The notes under the pieces were generated by a model. It was not told where the DNA came from and did no database searches. It saw only the letters and a program-made list of their open reading frames with translations. Shown here piece by piece: positions 7,961 to 16,516 of a stretch of DNA of 40,105 nucleotides (position 1 is its first letter; the number at the start of each line of letters is the position of its first letter). The translations under genes and the position numbers were made by a program. Location: NCBI GenBank assembly GCA_034189755.1, contig JAXIHJ010000082.1, positions 1 through 40,105 of the forward strand, read 5' to 3'. The DNA is from Planctomycetota bacterium. Its GTDB lineage: Bacteria; Planctomycetota; Phycisphaerae; SM23-33.

Positions 7961-8047
7961 CACAAAGACCACCAAGACCAAAAGAGAAAAATCTTTTTCA
8001 TGATTTTGATATTCTTGGTGATCTTCGTGATCTTTGGGGTCTTTGTG
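7961..8047. repeat. Long imperfect inverted repeat built from ~9-bp CACNAAGAY units, between convergent genes; possible bidirectional terminator
   Basis: CACAAAGACC at 7961 pairs with GGTCTTTGTG ending at 8047; the right arm has four ~9-bp units. Confidence 0.7.
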
Positions 8048-9823
8048 TTACGTCTTCAGGATGTCTATCATCTTTCGATATTCCGCCAGTAGGAAATCCG
8101 TCCCGCGTTTGTCGGTGATGTGCGAGAAGCACAGCGGTTCGTCGGTCGGGATTTGGCGGTGGACGTAGAACGCCGGGTCGATGCCGGTCTGCTCGAGTGC
8201 GGCGGTCCATTTTTCGTAGTCGAAGTGCTCGTCCCACGCGTCCATCCGCGCGCCCAGTCGCCAGGCGGCCTCGATAGTCGCCGCGACGCGGCGGTCGCAG
8301 CGACACAGCAGGGCCTCCAGCAGGCTTCGCTCGATCCGGTGAAATTTGAAGTTCACGGGCGAGCGGCGTGAAAGCTCTCGCAATCGCCGGCGGACGGCGA
8401 AGAAATAATTCGGCTCGCGCATCGCGCACCAATGCATGGGCGTGTGCGGCTTGGGCACGAACCATGATACGCTTGCGTCAATCGCCCCGCGCCGGCCGTC
8501 CACTTCTTTTCGGGTGTTAGACAGTCTCAGGCAGAGCTCGAAGATGGCGTCGATGTCGGCGTCGGTTTCGCCGGGCAGGCCGGCCATGAAGTACACCTTG
8601 ACCTTCTGCCAGCCTGCTTCGTAGGCGGCACGGACGCCGGCGAGCATGTCCTGTTCGGTGATGTTCTTTCGTATAGCCCGCCGCAGCCGCTCGCTGCCCG
8701 CCTCGGCTGCGATGGTCAGCCCGCCCTTGCGAACCGTACTGGTGAGCTTGGGCAGTATGCGAAGCTGGCTGTCGGCGCGAAGCGACGGCAGCGAGATCGA
8801 GACGTGCCGGCCGGCAAATTCGGCGTTTAGACGCTCGATGAGTTCGTCCAGGTGCGGATAATCGCTTGTCGAAAGGCTCAGCAGCGATATCTCCTCGTAT
8901 CCGGTCGCCGCGACGGCTGACCGTGCTGCATTCAGGATTTCGTCCACCGTTCGGCGGCGTACCGGCAGGCGCGTATGACCGGCCTGGCAGAACCGGCAAC
9001 CGTGGGGGCAGCCTCGCATGATTTCTATGGTTACGCGCTCGTGGACGGCCTCTGAAAGCGGTACGAGCGGGCTGGCAACAACCGGCGAATCGGACATGCT
9101 CGGCAGGTGGGCGCGTTGAATTTGACGAGGCACGTCGTTTCGCAATCGCTGCATGGCCGCGAGCTTGCCGTCGCTGTGATACTGCGGCTCGTAGAAACGC
9201 GGCGCGTATGTAGCGGGTATGGTGCGTGCGGCTTCGAGTACGATTTCCTCGCGCGCGGCGTGTTGGCGTTTCATTCGCCCTACAAGCTCCGCCAGCGCAG
9301 CCAGCGGCCGCTCACCGTCACCGACGAGGAACAGGTCGATAAACGGCGCCATAGGTTCTGGGCTGTCGGCCCACGCGTCGCCGGCGATTACCAGCGGGTC
9401 CTGCTCGGTTCGCCCGGCTGCGTGCAGAGGCACGCCGGCCAAATCCAGCATCGTCAGCACGTTCGTGGCGCACATCTCGTAGGCCAGCGAGAAGCCCACA
9501 ACGTCGAAGTCGCGCACGCGGCAGCGGCTTTCCCAGCCGAACAGGTCCAGGCTGCGGCTTCGCATTACCGCCTCGGCGTCGGGAAACGGGCAATACGTCC
9601 GGTCGCATGCTACGTGCGGCATGTCGTTCAGCATGTGATATAAAAGCTGGCTTCCGAGGTGGCTGATGCCGATGTTGTAGGCGTCGGGAAAGGCCAATAC
9701 GACGCTTACTTCAGCCGATTGCACGTCGCCGCAGCGGGCGTTGGTCTCCAGGCCGATGTATTGCCCAGGCCGGCTGACCCGCGGCAAAAGTTCACTGCTG
9801 ATTGTCCGGCCGATGTTCTCCAT
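8048..9823 (-). CDS. TIGR03960-type B12-binding radical SAM protein
   Basis: VSRPGQYIGLE start, FPDAYNIGISHLG, EIMRGCPHGCRFCQAG (CX3CX2C), SLPSLR, FVPKPHTP, GARMDAWDEHF. Confidence 0.9.
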   Translation of the reverse strand: MENIGRTISSELLPRVSRPGQYIGLETNARCGDVQSAEVSVVLAFPDAYNIGISHLGSQLLYHMLNDMPHVACDRTYCPFPDAEAVMRSRSLDLFGWESRCRVRDFDVVGFSLAYEMCATNVLTMLDLAGVPLHAAGRTEQDPLVIAGDAWADSPEPMAPFIDLFLVGDGERPLAALAELVGRMKRQHAAREEIVLEAARTIPATYAPRFYEPQYHSDGKLAAMQRLRNDVPRQIQRAHLPSMSDSPVVASPLVPLSEAVHERVTIEIMRGCPHGCRFCQAGHTRLPVRRRTVDEILNAARSAVAATGYEEISLLSLSTSDYPHLDELIERLNAEFAGRHVSISLPSLRADSQLRILPKLTSTVRKGGLTIAAEAGSERLRRAIRKNITEQDMLAGVRAAYEAGWQKVKVYFMAGLPGETDADIDAIFELCLRLSNTRKEVDGRRGAIDASVSWFVPKPHTPMHWCAMREPNYFFAVRRRLRELSRRSPVNFKFHRIERSLLEALLCRCDRRVAATIEAAWRLGARMDAWDEHFDYEKWTAALEQTGIDPAFYVHRQIPTDEPLCFSHITDKRGTDFLLAEYRKMIDILKT

Positions 9824-9862
9824 CCAATTTCGCCTTCCGGCGTGATATCATTGATGTGGTAA

Positions 9863-9888
9863 TCCATGAATTGTACGAATTTCACGAA
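9863..9888 (+). repeat. 9-bp-period repeat (CACGAATTN-like)
   Basis: TCCATGAATTGTACGAATTTCACGAA matches 39933-39958 at 22/26. Confidence 0.65.
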
Positions 9889-9931
9889 AAAACGCGGCGA
9901 CCCTGACATGGTGGAGCCGCCGCGTTTATTT
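9887..9931 (-). terminator. Probable intrinsic terminator of the 621-aa exported-protein gene
   Basis: Stem AAACGCGGCG/CGCCGCGTTT with A/T runs on both sides. Confidence 0.65.
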
Positions 9932-9953
9932 AATTCGCAATCCGCAATTCGTC

Positions 9954-9979
9954 CCGCTCGCTTCCGCTCGCGGCTAGTA
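9954..9979. repeat. REP-like motif CCGCTCGCTTCCGCTCGCGGCTAGTA embedded in AATYCGC heptamer repeats
   Basis: Both ends (CCGCTCGCTT and TCGCGGCTAGTA) recur at 39711-39765. Confidence 0.6.
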
Positions 9980-9998
9980 AATGCAAAATTCGTAATTA

Positions 9999-11864
9999 TT
10001 AAAAGTCTTCCCCGCCCTGCGTCGGCTCGCCGCCGGCGGGCATGGCGGGCTGGGGCATCATAAACATCATCGCTGCGCCCACGGCTTCCTGAATCAACTT
10101 GTTGGGCACATAGGCTACCACGCGAACGGCGTTTGCCTGTACGCCGGCGCCGATGGCGATTGGTGTCTTGGTGGTAATCTGGATCGGCAGCATCGCCTCT
10201 TCATTGTCTTGCATGACCCTGGTGCCTTTGAGGATCACATCGAAGAGGTTCCCGACGTTCAGCAGCATAATTCCCGTGGGCTTGTCGGGCATGTATTTAA
10301 GCGCCTCGGCGAGTTCTTCGCCGGCGGGTATAGTCCCGCCGCCGGCGGCGGTCTTTAGCGCCTCGGCCATGAAGGCCTGCGAGCCGCCGAACGTTACGAC
10401 TACGGCATTTTCGTCCGCGGCGGCTATAAGCAGGCGGACGCCGTCCTCGCCGAGGACCTTTTTCATTTCCGCCTTATCTTCCTCGTCCATCTCGGCCAGT
10501 TCCGGGTGGGTGATGCTGATCGCATCGACCTGCGCTTCCCCGGCGGTGTCTGCGGCCTCGATGTAGGAAATCTTCAACTGCTGTGCGTCCTCATCGTCGA
10601 CGAGGCTTTTGATAAGAGTTTCCGTTACCGCTGCGCTGTCGGCCAGCATGCCCTTGACGGTTTCGGCGTCCTTGCACTGGATGACGTAGGCCAGGCCGAA
10701 GAGGCCGCTGCCTTCCGGCGCTCCGCCGCCGACAAGCTGCGCGCCCGTAACCTGCTCGTTGAAGCCGATGGCCAGCTCCTTGATTTTCGCCTTGGTCTCT
10801 TCGGGGACCTCGGCCATCGACTCGTCAGCCAGCAGCTTATCCAGCAGCTCATCGGTCATTTCTTTTTCCTGCTCGCTGGTATTGCCGACGGCGCCGAAAG
10901 CCAGAACGTAGGGCAGGTTCGGCAGGCGGTTCAGCAGCTCTTTCGCGGTCGAGGTCTTGGCCTCGGCCATAGCCTTGGCGAAATTGCTGTCGGGCAGGAA
11001 GGTAATCGCCTCTTCAAAGACCAACCCGGTCTCGACGAACCGGCCGCCCACCGCGACTGACTGCATCTGGGCGATCATGGTTTTATAGAACGGAAAGACG
11101 CTGGCCAAGAACTTCGGCGGCCCCATCATGCCCGGGCGGGCCATCTGCTCCTGGAACTTGTCGAGCATCGTACTGTAGATCGGGGCGACGGTCTTCATAT
11201 TGACCCACGCACCGATGTCCGACCGCACCAACAGCTCCGCCTCGTCGCCGGTCAGCTCCGTGGCGGCCTTCTGTTCAGCCTGCAGGACCGCGTCGAGCGC
11301 CTTGGGAGTAGGGCTGAGGATTACGTAACCGCCGCACTTGGCGGCGAACATCTCGCCCATCCGCAGCGAGACCTTGGTATAGTTTTCGGCTTCGACGCAC
11401 GGATAGTTGCCGAAGACCTCCTTGACGCCCGTACCGGGCACGAACAGCACGAAGGGGACCTTCGGCTTTTCATCCGGCTGCGTGGCCGCCATGTCGGGCA
11501 TCATCATCTGGATCAGGTCCACGCCGAACTGCTGCGGGTCGAGCATGACGGCTGCGAACCCACCCTGGGCGTTGAAACCTTCACCGAGCATGGCTGCGCC
11601 CTTCAACATTGCCAGTACCATGCCGGGCGTTTCGTCGCTGATTCCGAGCATCGGGGCCAGGCCGATCTCTTTCAGGAACGACTCCACTTTCTCAGTGGTG
11701 GCCTGGACGTCGTTGACCACGACAAAGCCCATCGTCCCGGCCGGGATGTGGCTGATAATCGGCTCGGGCTTCGGCATCGGCATCGGCGCCGCCTCTTGCG
11801 CCAGGGCGACTGCGGCAGCCAAAGCAACAAGGACAACAGCGAAGTACGTCTGTAGTAAACGCAT
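9999..11864 (-). CDS. Exported hypothetical protein, 621 aa, acidic
   Basis: Sec signal peptide ending AVALA-QE, AAGGAG RBS, long GC3-biased ORF; no catalytic motif recognised. Confidence 0.85.
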   Translation of the reverse strand: MRLLQTYFAVVLVALAAAVALAQEAAPMPMPKPEPIISHIPAGTMGFVVVNDVQATTEKVESFLKEIGLAPMLGISDETPGMVLAMLKGAAMLGEGFNAQGGFAAVMLDPQQFGVDLIQMMMPDMAATQPDEKPKVPFVLFVPGTGVKEVFGNYPCVEAENYTKVSLRMGEMFAAKCGGYVILSPTPKALDAVLQAEQKAATELTGDEAELLVRSDIGAWVNMKTVAPIYSTMLDKFQEQMARPGMMGPPKFLASVFPFYKTMIAQMQSVAVGGRFVETGLVFEEAITFLPDSNFAKAMAEAKTSTAKELLNRLPNLPYVLAFGAVGNTSEQEKEMTDELLDKLLADESMAEVPEETKAKIKELAIGFNEQVTGAQLVGGGAPEGSGLFGLAYVIQCKDAETVKGMLADSAAVTETLIKSLVDDEDAQQLKISYIEAADTAGEAQVDAISITHPELAEMDEEDKAEMKKVLGEDGVRLLIAAADENAVVVTFGGSQAFMAEALKTAAGGGTIPAGEELAEALKYMPDKPTGIMLLNVGNLFDVILKGTRVMQDNEEAMLPIQITTKTPIAIGAGVQANAVRVVAYVPNKLIQEAVGAAMMFMMPQPAMPAGGEPTQGGEDF

Positions 11865-12068
11865 GGCTTTCTCCTTGTAAAGGAACCTTAACTGATTGTC
11901 TCGCAGGGTAAGAACCCAGCGAAAATAATATCCGCCCGCCTTGGGCGATGCAACCTTGGCAGCTAAATTTTACTGAGGCGGGTCGGCGTTTAGCGGGTCG
12001 CCGGCCGTTGCAATCGCAGCTTCTTGTAGATACGATGCATCCGGACGCAACAGCCGCAAGGAGAAAAC

Positions 12069-12605
12069 ATGACGCCGACGGCTGAACCCGCCAGCCCGTC
12101 CGTAGCAGGCGAGACTCTCGTACCGGCCAAGCTGCTGGATGAGGACGAGATCGTTATCCTCGCCGTCAAGCCCAGCGGGTGGTTTGTGCTGCTGCAATCC
12201 CTGCCGGTGCTGGCGGTGGCGGTGGTGGTTGTCGTTGCGGCAATTCTCGCCGCCGACGTCTTCAGCATAGCCGTAGCCAAACGCACGGTGGTGTGGATAT
12301 GTGCGGCGGCGGTGTGTTTGCAACTGCTGGCGGCGGGCTGCCAGTGGCTCGGCCGGCTATACGTGCTGACAAACCGCCGCATGATGCGCATCCGAGGCGT
12401 GCTGCAGGTGGATGTTTTTCAGTGTCCGCTGAGGTGCGTCGGGCGGGCGACAGCCTCGGCGACGCGGCTGGAACGATGCATCGGCGTCGGCAGCCTGTTC
12501 TTCGGAGGCGGACAGGCCGAATTGCCAGACGTCGCCTGGATTCACGTCGCCAGGCCGGTCGAAGTTCAAGACCTGATTAACGAGACGATTCGACGCATCA
12601 GGTAA
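12069..12605 (+). CDS. Membrane protein with bacterial PH (bPH_2-like) domain
   Basis: Two TM segments followed by YVLTNRR..RIRGVL...LERCIGVGSL; AAGGAG RBS. Confidence 0.75.
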   Translation: MTPTAEPASPSVAGETLVPAKLLDEDEIVILAVKPSGWFVLLQSLPVLAVAVVVVVAAILAADVFSIAVAKRTVVWICAAAVCLQLLAAGCQWLGRLYVLTNRRMMRIRGVLQVDVFQCPLRCVGRATASATRLERCIGVGSLFFGGGQAELPDVAWIHVARPVEVQDLINETIRRIR

Positions 12606-12639
12606 CGCCGCCGAATCCGGGCGGGCGGAAACAAGCCGA

Positions 12640-13167
12640 ATGGCCGAAACCGACAAATACCGATTGGTGGTCGTCGCCGCGGCGGCTACGCTGACGGAGG
12701 CCGACGTAATCCGCGCCTCACTGGACGCGGCCGGCATCGATGCGATGATCCTCAACGAAACCACCACAAACGTCTTAAGCCATTTGAATTTTGCGATTAA
12801 TCCAGGTGGAATCCGCATCGCCGTTTCCGCTCGGGACACCGAGGCCGCACGAGAACTGCTGGCCCATCATGGGGTCCATTCGGAGGAGGCGGATGAATAC
12901 TTCACGACCCCGCAGGAAGATGCCCCCGCGCCGGACGACTACGCGCAAAAGGCATATTGGTCGGCTTTTTTCTCCTGGTGGCTGTTCCCGTTTATCATCA
13001 TTACGCTGTACTGGTTCATCAAAGCTGCCAAGGCACATCGCAGGCGCCCTGCGGAACAGCCCGGTCGATTCAAGAGACACATGCTCATAGCCTTTTTCGT
13101 GGGCATACTCCCCGCCCTTGTATGCGCTTCGGCGTGCGTCGCGTTCCTGGTGCGAACCGGCCTATAG
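12640..13167 (+). CDS. DUF2007-like putative signal-transducing membrane protein
   Basis: EADVIRASLDAAGIDA...GGIRIAV...ARELL pattern plus two C-terminal TM segments. Confidence 0.7.
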   Translation: MAETDKYRLVVVAAAATLTEADVIRASLDAAGIDAMILNETTTNVLSHLNFAINPGGIRIAVSARDTEAARELLAHHGVHSEEADEYFTTPQEDAPAPDDYAQKAYWSAFFSWWLFPFIIITLYWFIKAAKAHRRRPAEQPGRFKRHMLIAFFVGILPALVCASACVAFLVRTGL

Positions 13168-13620
13168 GTGGACGGCCAGGTCTGCCGTGGCCGGGTCGAC
13201 CAGCTTGGCGTAGTCGGAGAAGACCATGAGAATCGCGTGGCGGTGGTCGCCGGCCTGGAAGGCAATCTCCCGGCACTCGGCGAGATTCTCGTCGACCAGC
13301 GTCGGCAGGCCGTACAGGTTGCCGAACGGCGGCGCGGCTCCGACCTCAACGTCCGGAAAGAGCTTGGCAAGCTCGGTTTCGTCGGCCAAGCGGACCTTCT
13401 CGGACTTCAGCACCTTCGCTACCTTGGCCATGTCCAGTTTGTAGCTCGCCGGCAGGACACACATGGCGTAGCCGTCGCCGGTATGGACGATTACCGTCTT
13501 GGCCAGTATGTTGCCGCTGACGTGTTCTTCGGCGGCGACCTCCTGGGCGGTATAAGCCGCAGGGTGCTCGTGCATTTCGAAGGCCGCCTTCTGCTTCTTT
13601 AGATAGTCTACAATATTCAT
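13162..13620 (-). CDS. YbaK/EbsC family aminoacyl-tRNA deacylase-like protein
   Basis: HPAAYTAQEVA, LAKTVI, FPDVEVGAAPPFG motifs; start ATG 13620. Confidence 0.88.
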   Translation of the reverse strand: MNIVDYLKKQKAAFEMHEHPAAYTAQEVAAEEHVSGNILAKTVIVHTGDGYAMCVLPASYKLDMAKVAKVLKSEKVRLADETELAKLFPDVEVGAAPPFGNLYGLPTLVDENLAECREIAFQAGDHRHAILMVFSDYAKLVDPATADLAVHL

Positions 13621-13732
13621 AGCCGTTCCCCTTTCCGTCTGGAATTGACTGCCAGCCGAACTATCGTACATGGCGCAGGGCACAAAATTCAAGGCTTCTG
13701 CGGCAGTTCAAAACGAAGCCTTGGCGTGAAAT

Positions 13733-15142
13733 CTATTTGCCCACGCAGAAGCGTGCGAAGATTCGTCCCAGTATGTTTTCGGTAACGATTTCACCGCTGA
13801 TTTGGCCCATCTCAGCCAGGGCTGCGCGAAGGTCGACGGCGGCCAGTTCGGCGACGTCGGCAACGTCGTTGGCCCCGGCGAGCAGCCGGGCTGCCCGCTG
13901 AGCCGCTTCGGCGGCTGAAAGCAGGCACCGTTTCTGACGTGTGTGCAGGCCAAGCGACTCGCCGCCGCGCAACGCGGTCAGGTTCAACTGGTCGGCGAGC
14001 CTGCTTCGCATTAAGTCCAGCCCATCTAGGCGCTTAGCCGAAGTAGCTATAGCCGCCAGGCCCAGGGCCGACTCCAGCTTATCCAGGCGCAACCTTGCGA
14101 CGGCGGCGTCGAGCAGGTCAACCTTGTTGGCCAGCAGCAACAGGGGCGCCCGCGGATTAGCCAGGCGAACCTCAGCCAGCAGCTTCAGATCGTCCCGGAT
14201 ACGGTGGTCGGCAAGATCGGCCACGAAGCAGACGGCGTCGGCCCGGGCCACTGCCCGGCGTGCGGCGTTGTCGGCGGCTGCGGCAAGCGGCTCGGCCGGC
14301 TGGGTAAGGCCTGCGGCGTCCTGGAGGAGTACGGCCCCGCCGTCCGGCAGTATCGTCGATGCGCTTAACACGTCGCGGGTCGTGCCGGCCAGGGCCGAAA
14401 CAATCGCCCGGTCGGTCCCAGTCAGTGCGTTCAGGAGAGAACTTTTGCCGACGTTGCACCTGCCTGCGATTACCACGCGCGGCGTGTCGGCGGTTTCGCT
14501 GATGTCAGCGGCCTGGGCTGCGGTGTTACGGAGTTTCTCGGCCAGCTTAGTCAGCCGAGAGGCCAGCTTGCCGGGCTGATCGAGTTGAATGTTTTCCTCG
14601 GCCAGGTCGATAGCCGCCTCCACGCTGGCCAGCACGTCGGCGACCTGTCCGGCGAAGTCCCCGCACAGCCGGGCGACCTGCCCGGACAATGCAGCCATCG
14701 CCGTGCGAAGCTGAAAGTCGTCTGCGGCGCTGATGATGTCCGCGACGGCCTCGGCGGCCGATAAGTCAAGCCGCCCGGACAGAAAGGCCCTGGCGGTGAA
14801 TTCACCTGCCTCCGACTGCCGTGCGCCTGCGGCGATCAATTCCGCTGTCAATGCCGTGGCTGCCGCGGCTGGGCCTGGAATGTGAATCTCCACTACGTCC
14901 TGACGGGTGTAGCTTTTCGGTGCGCAGAAGACATATGCCCTGGCGGGCAGTTCCGCCGGACCAACTCTGGCGCGTCCGTCCAGCCAGCGGAACCCGCCGG
15001 CCCGGCTGAGCCTGCGGGCCGACGGCATGAATACGGTTTCAGCCAGCGGGCCCGCCTGCGGGCCGCTTAAGCGCACGATTGCCCTGGCGGCTGAACCAGC
15101 CGCCGTCGAAATAGCGACAATCGTGTCATCCGTGCGAAACAT
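13733..15142 (-). CDS. mnmE: tRNA modification GTPase MnmE (TrmE)
   Basis: DTIVAIST, IVRLSGP, PKSYTRQD, GEFTARAF, GRCNVGKSS, GTTRD, NKVD and C-terminal FCVGK. Confidence 0.93.
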   Translation of the reverse strand: MFRTDDTIVAISTAAGSAARAIVRLSGPQAGPLAETVFMPSARRLSRAGGFRWLDGRARVGPAELPARAYVFCAPKSYTRQDVVEIHIPGPAAAATALTAELIAAGARQSEAGEFTARAFLSGRLDLSAAEAVADIISAADDFQLRTAMAALSGQVARLCGDFAGQVADVLASVEAAIDLAEENIQLDQPGKLASRLTKLAEKLRNTAAQAADISETADTPRVVIAGRCNVGKSSLLNALTGTDRAIVSALAGTTRDVLSASTILPDGGAVLLQDAAGLTQPAEPLAAAADNAARRAVARADAVCFVADLADHRIRDDLKLLAEVRLANPRAPLLLLANKVDLLDAAVARLRLDKLESALGLAAIATSAKRLDGLDLMRSRLADQLNLTALRGGESLGLHTRQKRCLLSAAEAAQRAARLLAGANDVADVAELAAVDLRAALAEMGQISGEIVTENILGRIFARFCVGK

Positions 15143-15174
15143 CTTTTTTTATGTCTGATTCGTTGAAAACTTTC

Positions 15175-15203
15175 TTGAACCCTTAACCGGCAAATGTCAT
15201 ACT
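15175..15203 (+). promoter_or_regulatory. Putative sigma70 promoter for the zinc-ribbon/RNase HI/dnaG run
   Basis: TTGAAC-17 nt-CATACT with extended TG, in an AT-rich divergent spacer. Confidence 0.5.
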
Positions 15204-15243
15204 AAATAATTCAAGTAATTTAACAAGTGAAGAGGGCTATTGC

Positions 15244-15996
15244 ATGGGAACGATGCTAGCGTCATTGCTTCGTCTCCAATCGATAGAGGGTAAACTGGCA
15301 CGTGTCAGGCAAAGGCTGAAGTCGCGGCAAAAGGCCGTAGCCACCCAACAAATGCGGATCGACCAGTTTCGCGACGATTGGAACGTATTACACGAAAAAT
15401 CGCTCACACGCCGGCAAGAAGCTGACAGTCTGGAACTGGACCTGAAAGACAAGGAAGCACAGGTTTCCAAGTACCGGACGGCGCTCAATACCGCCAGGAC
15501 CAATAAGGAATACGCCGGCATCCTCACGCAGATTAACTCCCTCAAGGCCGACAACGCCAAGCTGGAAGACAGGATCTTAAAAATCATGCAGGAGGCGGAC
15601 TCGGTTCACGCCGAGGCCGACGAGGTCCGGGCACGTATAGAGACGGAGGAGAAACGCCTGGAGGAAATTCATCGCATCAGTGCCGAAGAGATCGAAAAAC
15701 TGGAGGCCATGGTCAATGAGCTGTCAGCCAGCCGCGCCGAGGCCGCTGCCGACGTGCCGCCCAAGGCGTTGGTTGTTTTTGACCGCATCGCCGAAAACTA
15801 CGACGGCGAGGCGATGGCCGCCATCGAGATACATGGCCGAAAACCCCCGCACGAATATGTATGCGGGGGCTGTTTTATGAGCCTTAACCCTGAACATGCT
15901 AACGCCCTCAGGACCCGCGACGAAGTCCGCACCTGCGACAATTGTGGGCGGATACTCTACCTGGAACCGCAGGCTGAAGGCTCGCCGACGTCGTAG
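15244..15996 (+). CDS. Coiled-coil protein with C-terminal C4 zinc ribbon (DUF164/CT398-like)
   Basis: LLRLQSIE start, long coiled coil, TNKEY, CGGC...CDNCGRILY. Confidence 0.88.
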   Translation: MGTMLASLLRLQSIEGKLARVRQRLKSRQKAVATQQMRIDQFRDDWNVLHEKSLTRRQEADSLELDLKDKEAQVSKYRTALNTARTNKEYAGILTQINSLKADNAKLEDRILKIMQEADSVHAEADEVRARIETEEKRLEEIHRISAEEIEKLEAMVNELSASRAEAAADVPPKALVVFDRIAENYDGEAMAAIEIHGRKPPHEYVCGGCFMSLNPEHANALRTRDEVRTCDNCGRILYLEPQAEGSPTS

Positions 15997-16043
15997 CCGT
16001 CAGGGCCGGGGGCCAGTTCAAGCTAAGTTCGTGCCGGCGGTGA

Positions 16044-16487
16044 ATGAAAATGAGCAATGAGGCGTTGCGCTTAATAGCAAATATTGACGGAGGCGCACGG
16101 GGTAACCCCGGCCCGGCCGGCGCAGGCGTGGTCCTTCGCGATGCTGCGGACGGGGCTGTTGTTTACCAGGCGGGCTTGTATCTCGGCAAGGCCACCAACA
16201 ACGTCGCCGAGTACCGGGCGCTGCTGGCGGCTTGCAAGACCGCCGGCGACTTTAACGCCGCGGAGGTGGAAGTATTCAGCGATTCGGAGCTGCTGGTCAG
16301 GCAGATGAACGGTGAGTACCGTGTAAAAAACGCCGGTCTCAAGCCGCTTTTCGAAGAAGCGCTCCGCCTGGCGGGGGTGTTCGGGCGTTTTACGGTTCGC
16401 CACGTCCGACGGGAGGACAACAAGGACGCCGACCAGCTCGCCAACCAGGCTATCAACCTGAGGCGCAACGTCGAAGACGCCGAATAG
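16044..16487 (+). CDS. rnhA: Ribonuclease HI family protein (archaeal/actinobacterial-like)
   Basis: DGGARGNPGPAG, TNNVAEY, SDSELLVRQMNGEYRVK, HVRREDNKDADQLAN. Confidence 0.9.
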   Translation: MKMSNEALRLIANIDGGARGNPGPAGAGVVLRDAADGAVVYQAGLYLGKATNNVAEYRALLAACKTAGDFNAAEVEVFSDSELLVRQMNGEYRVKNAGLKPLFEEALRLAGVFGRFTVRHVRREDNKDADQLANQAINLRRNVEDAE

Positions 16488-16516
16488 GATATTTGCCGGG
16501 CAGCCGTGACGCAACA

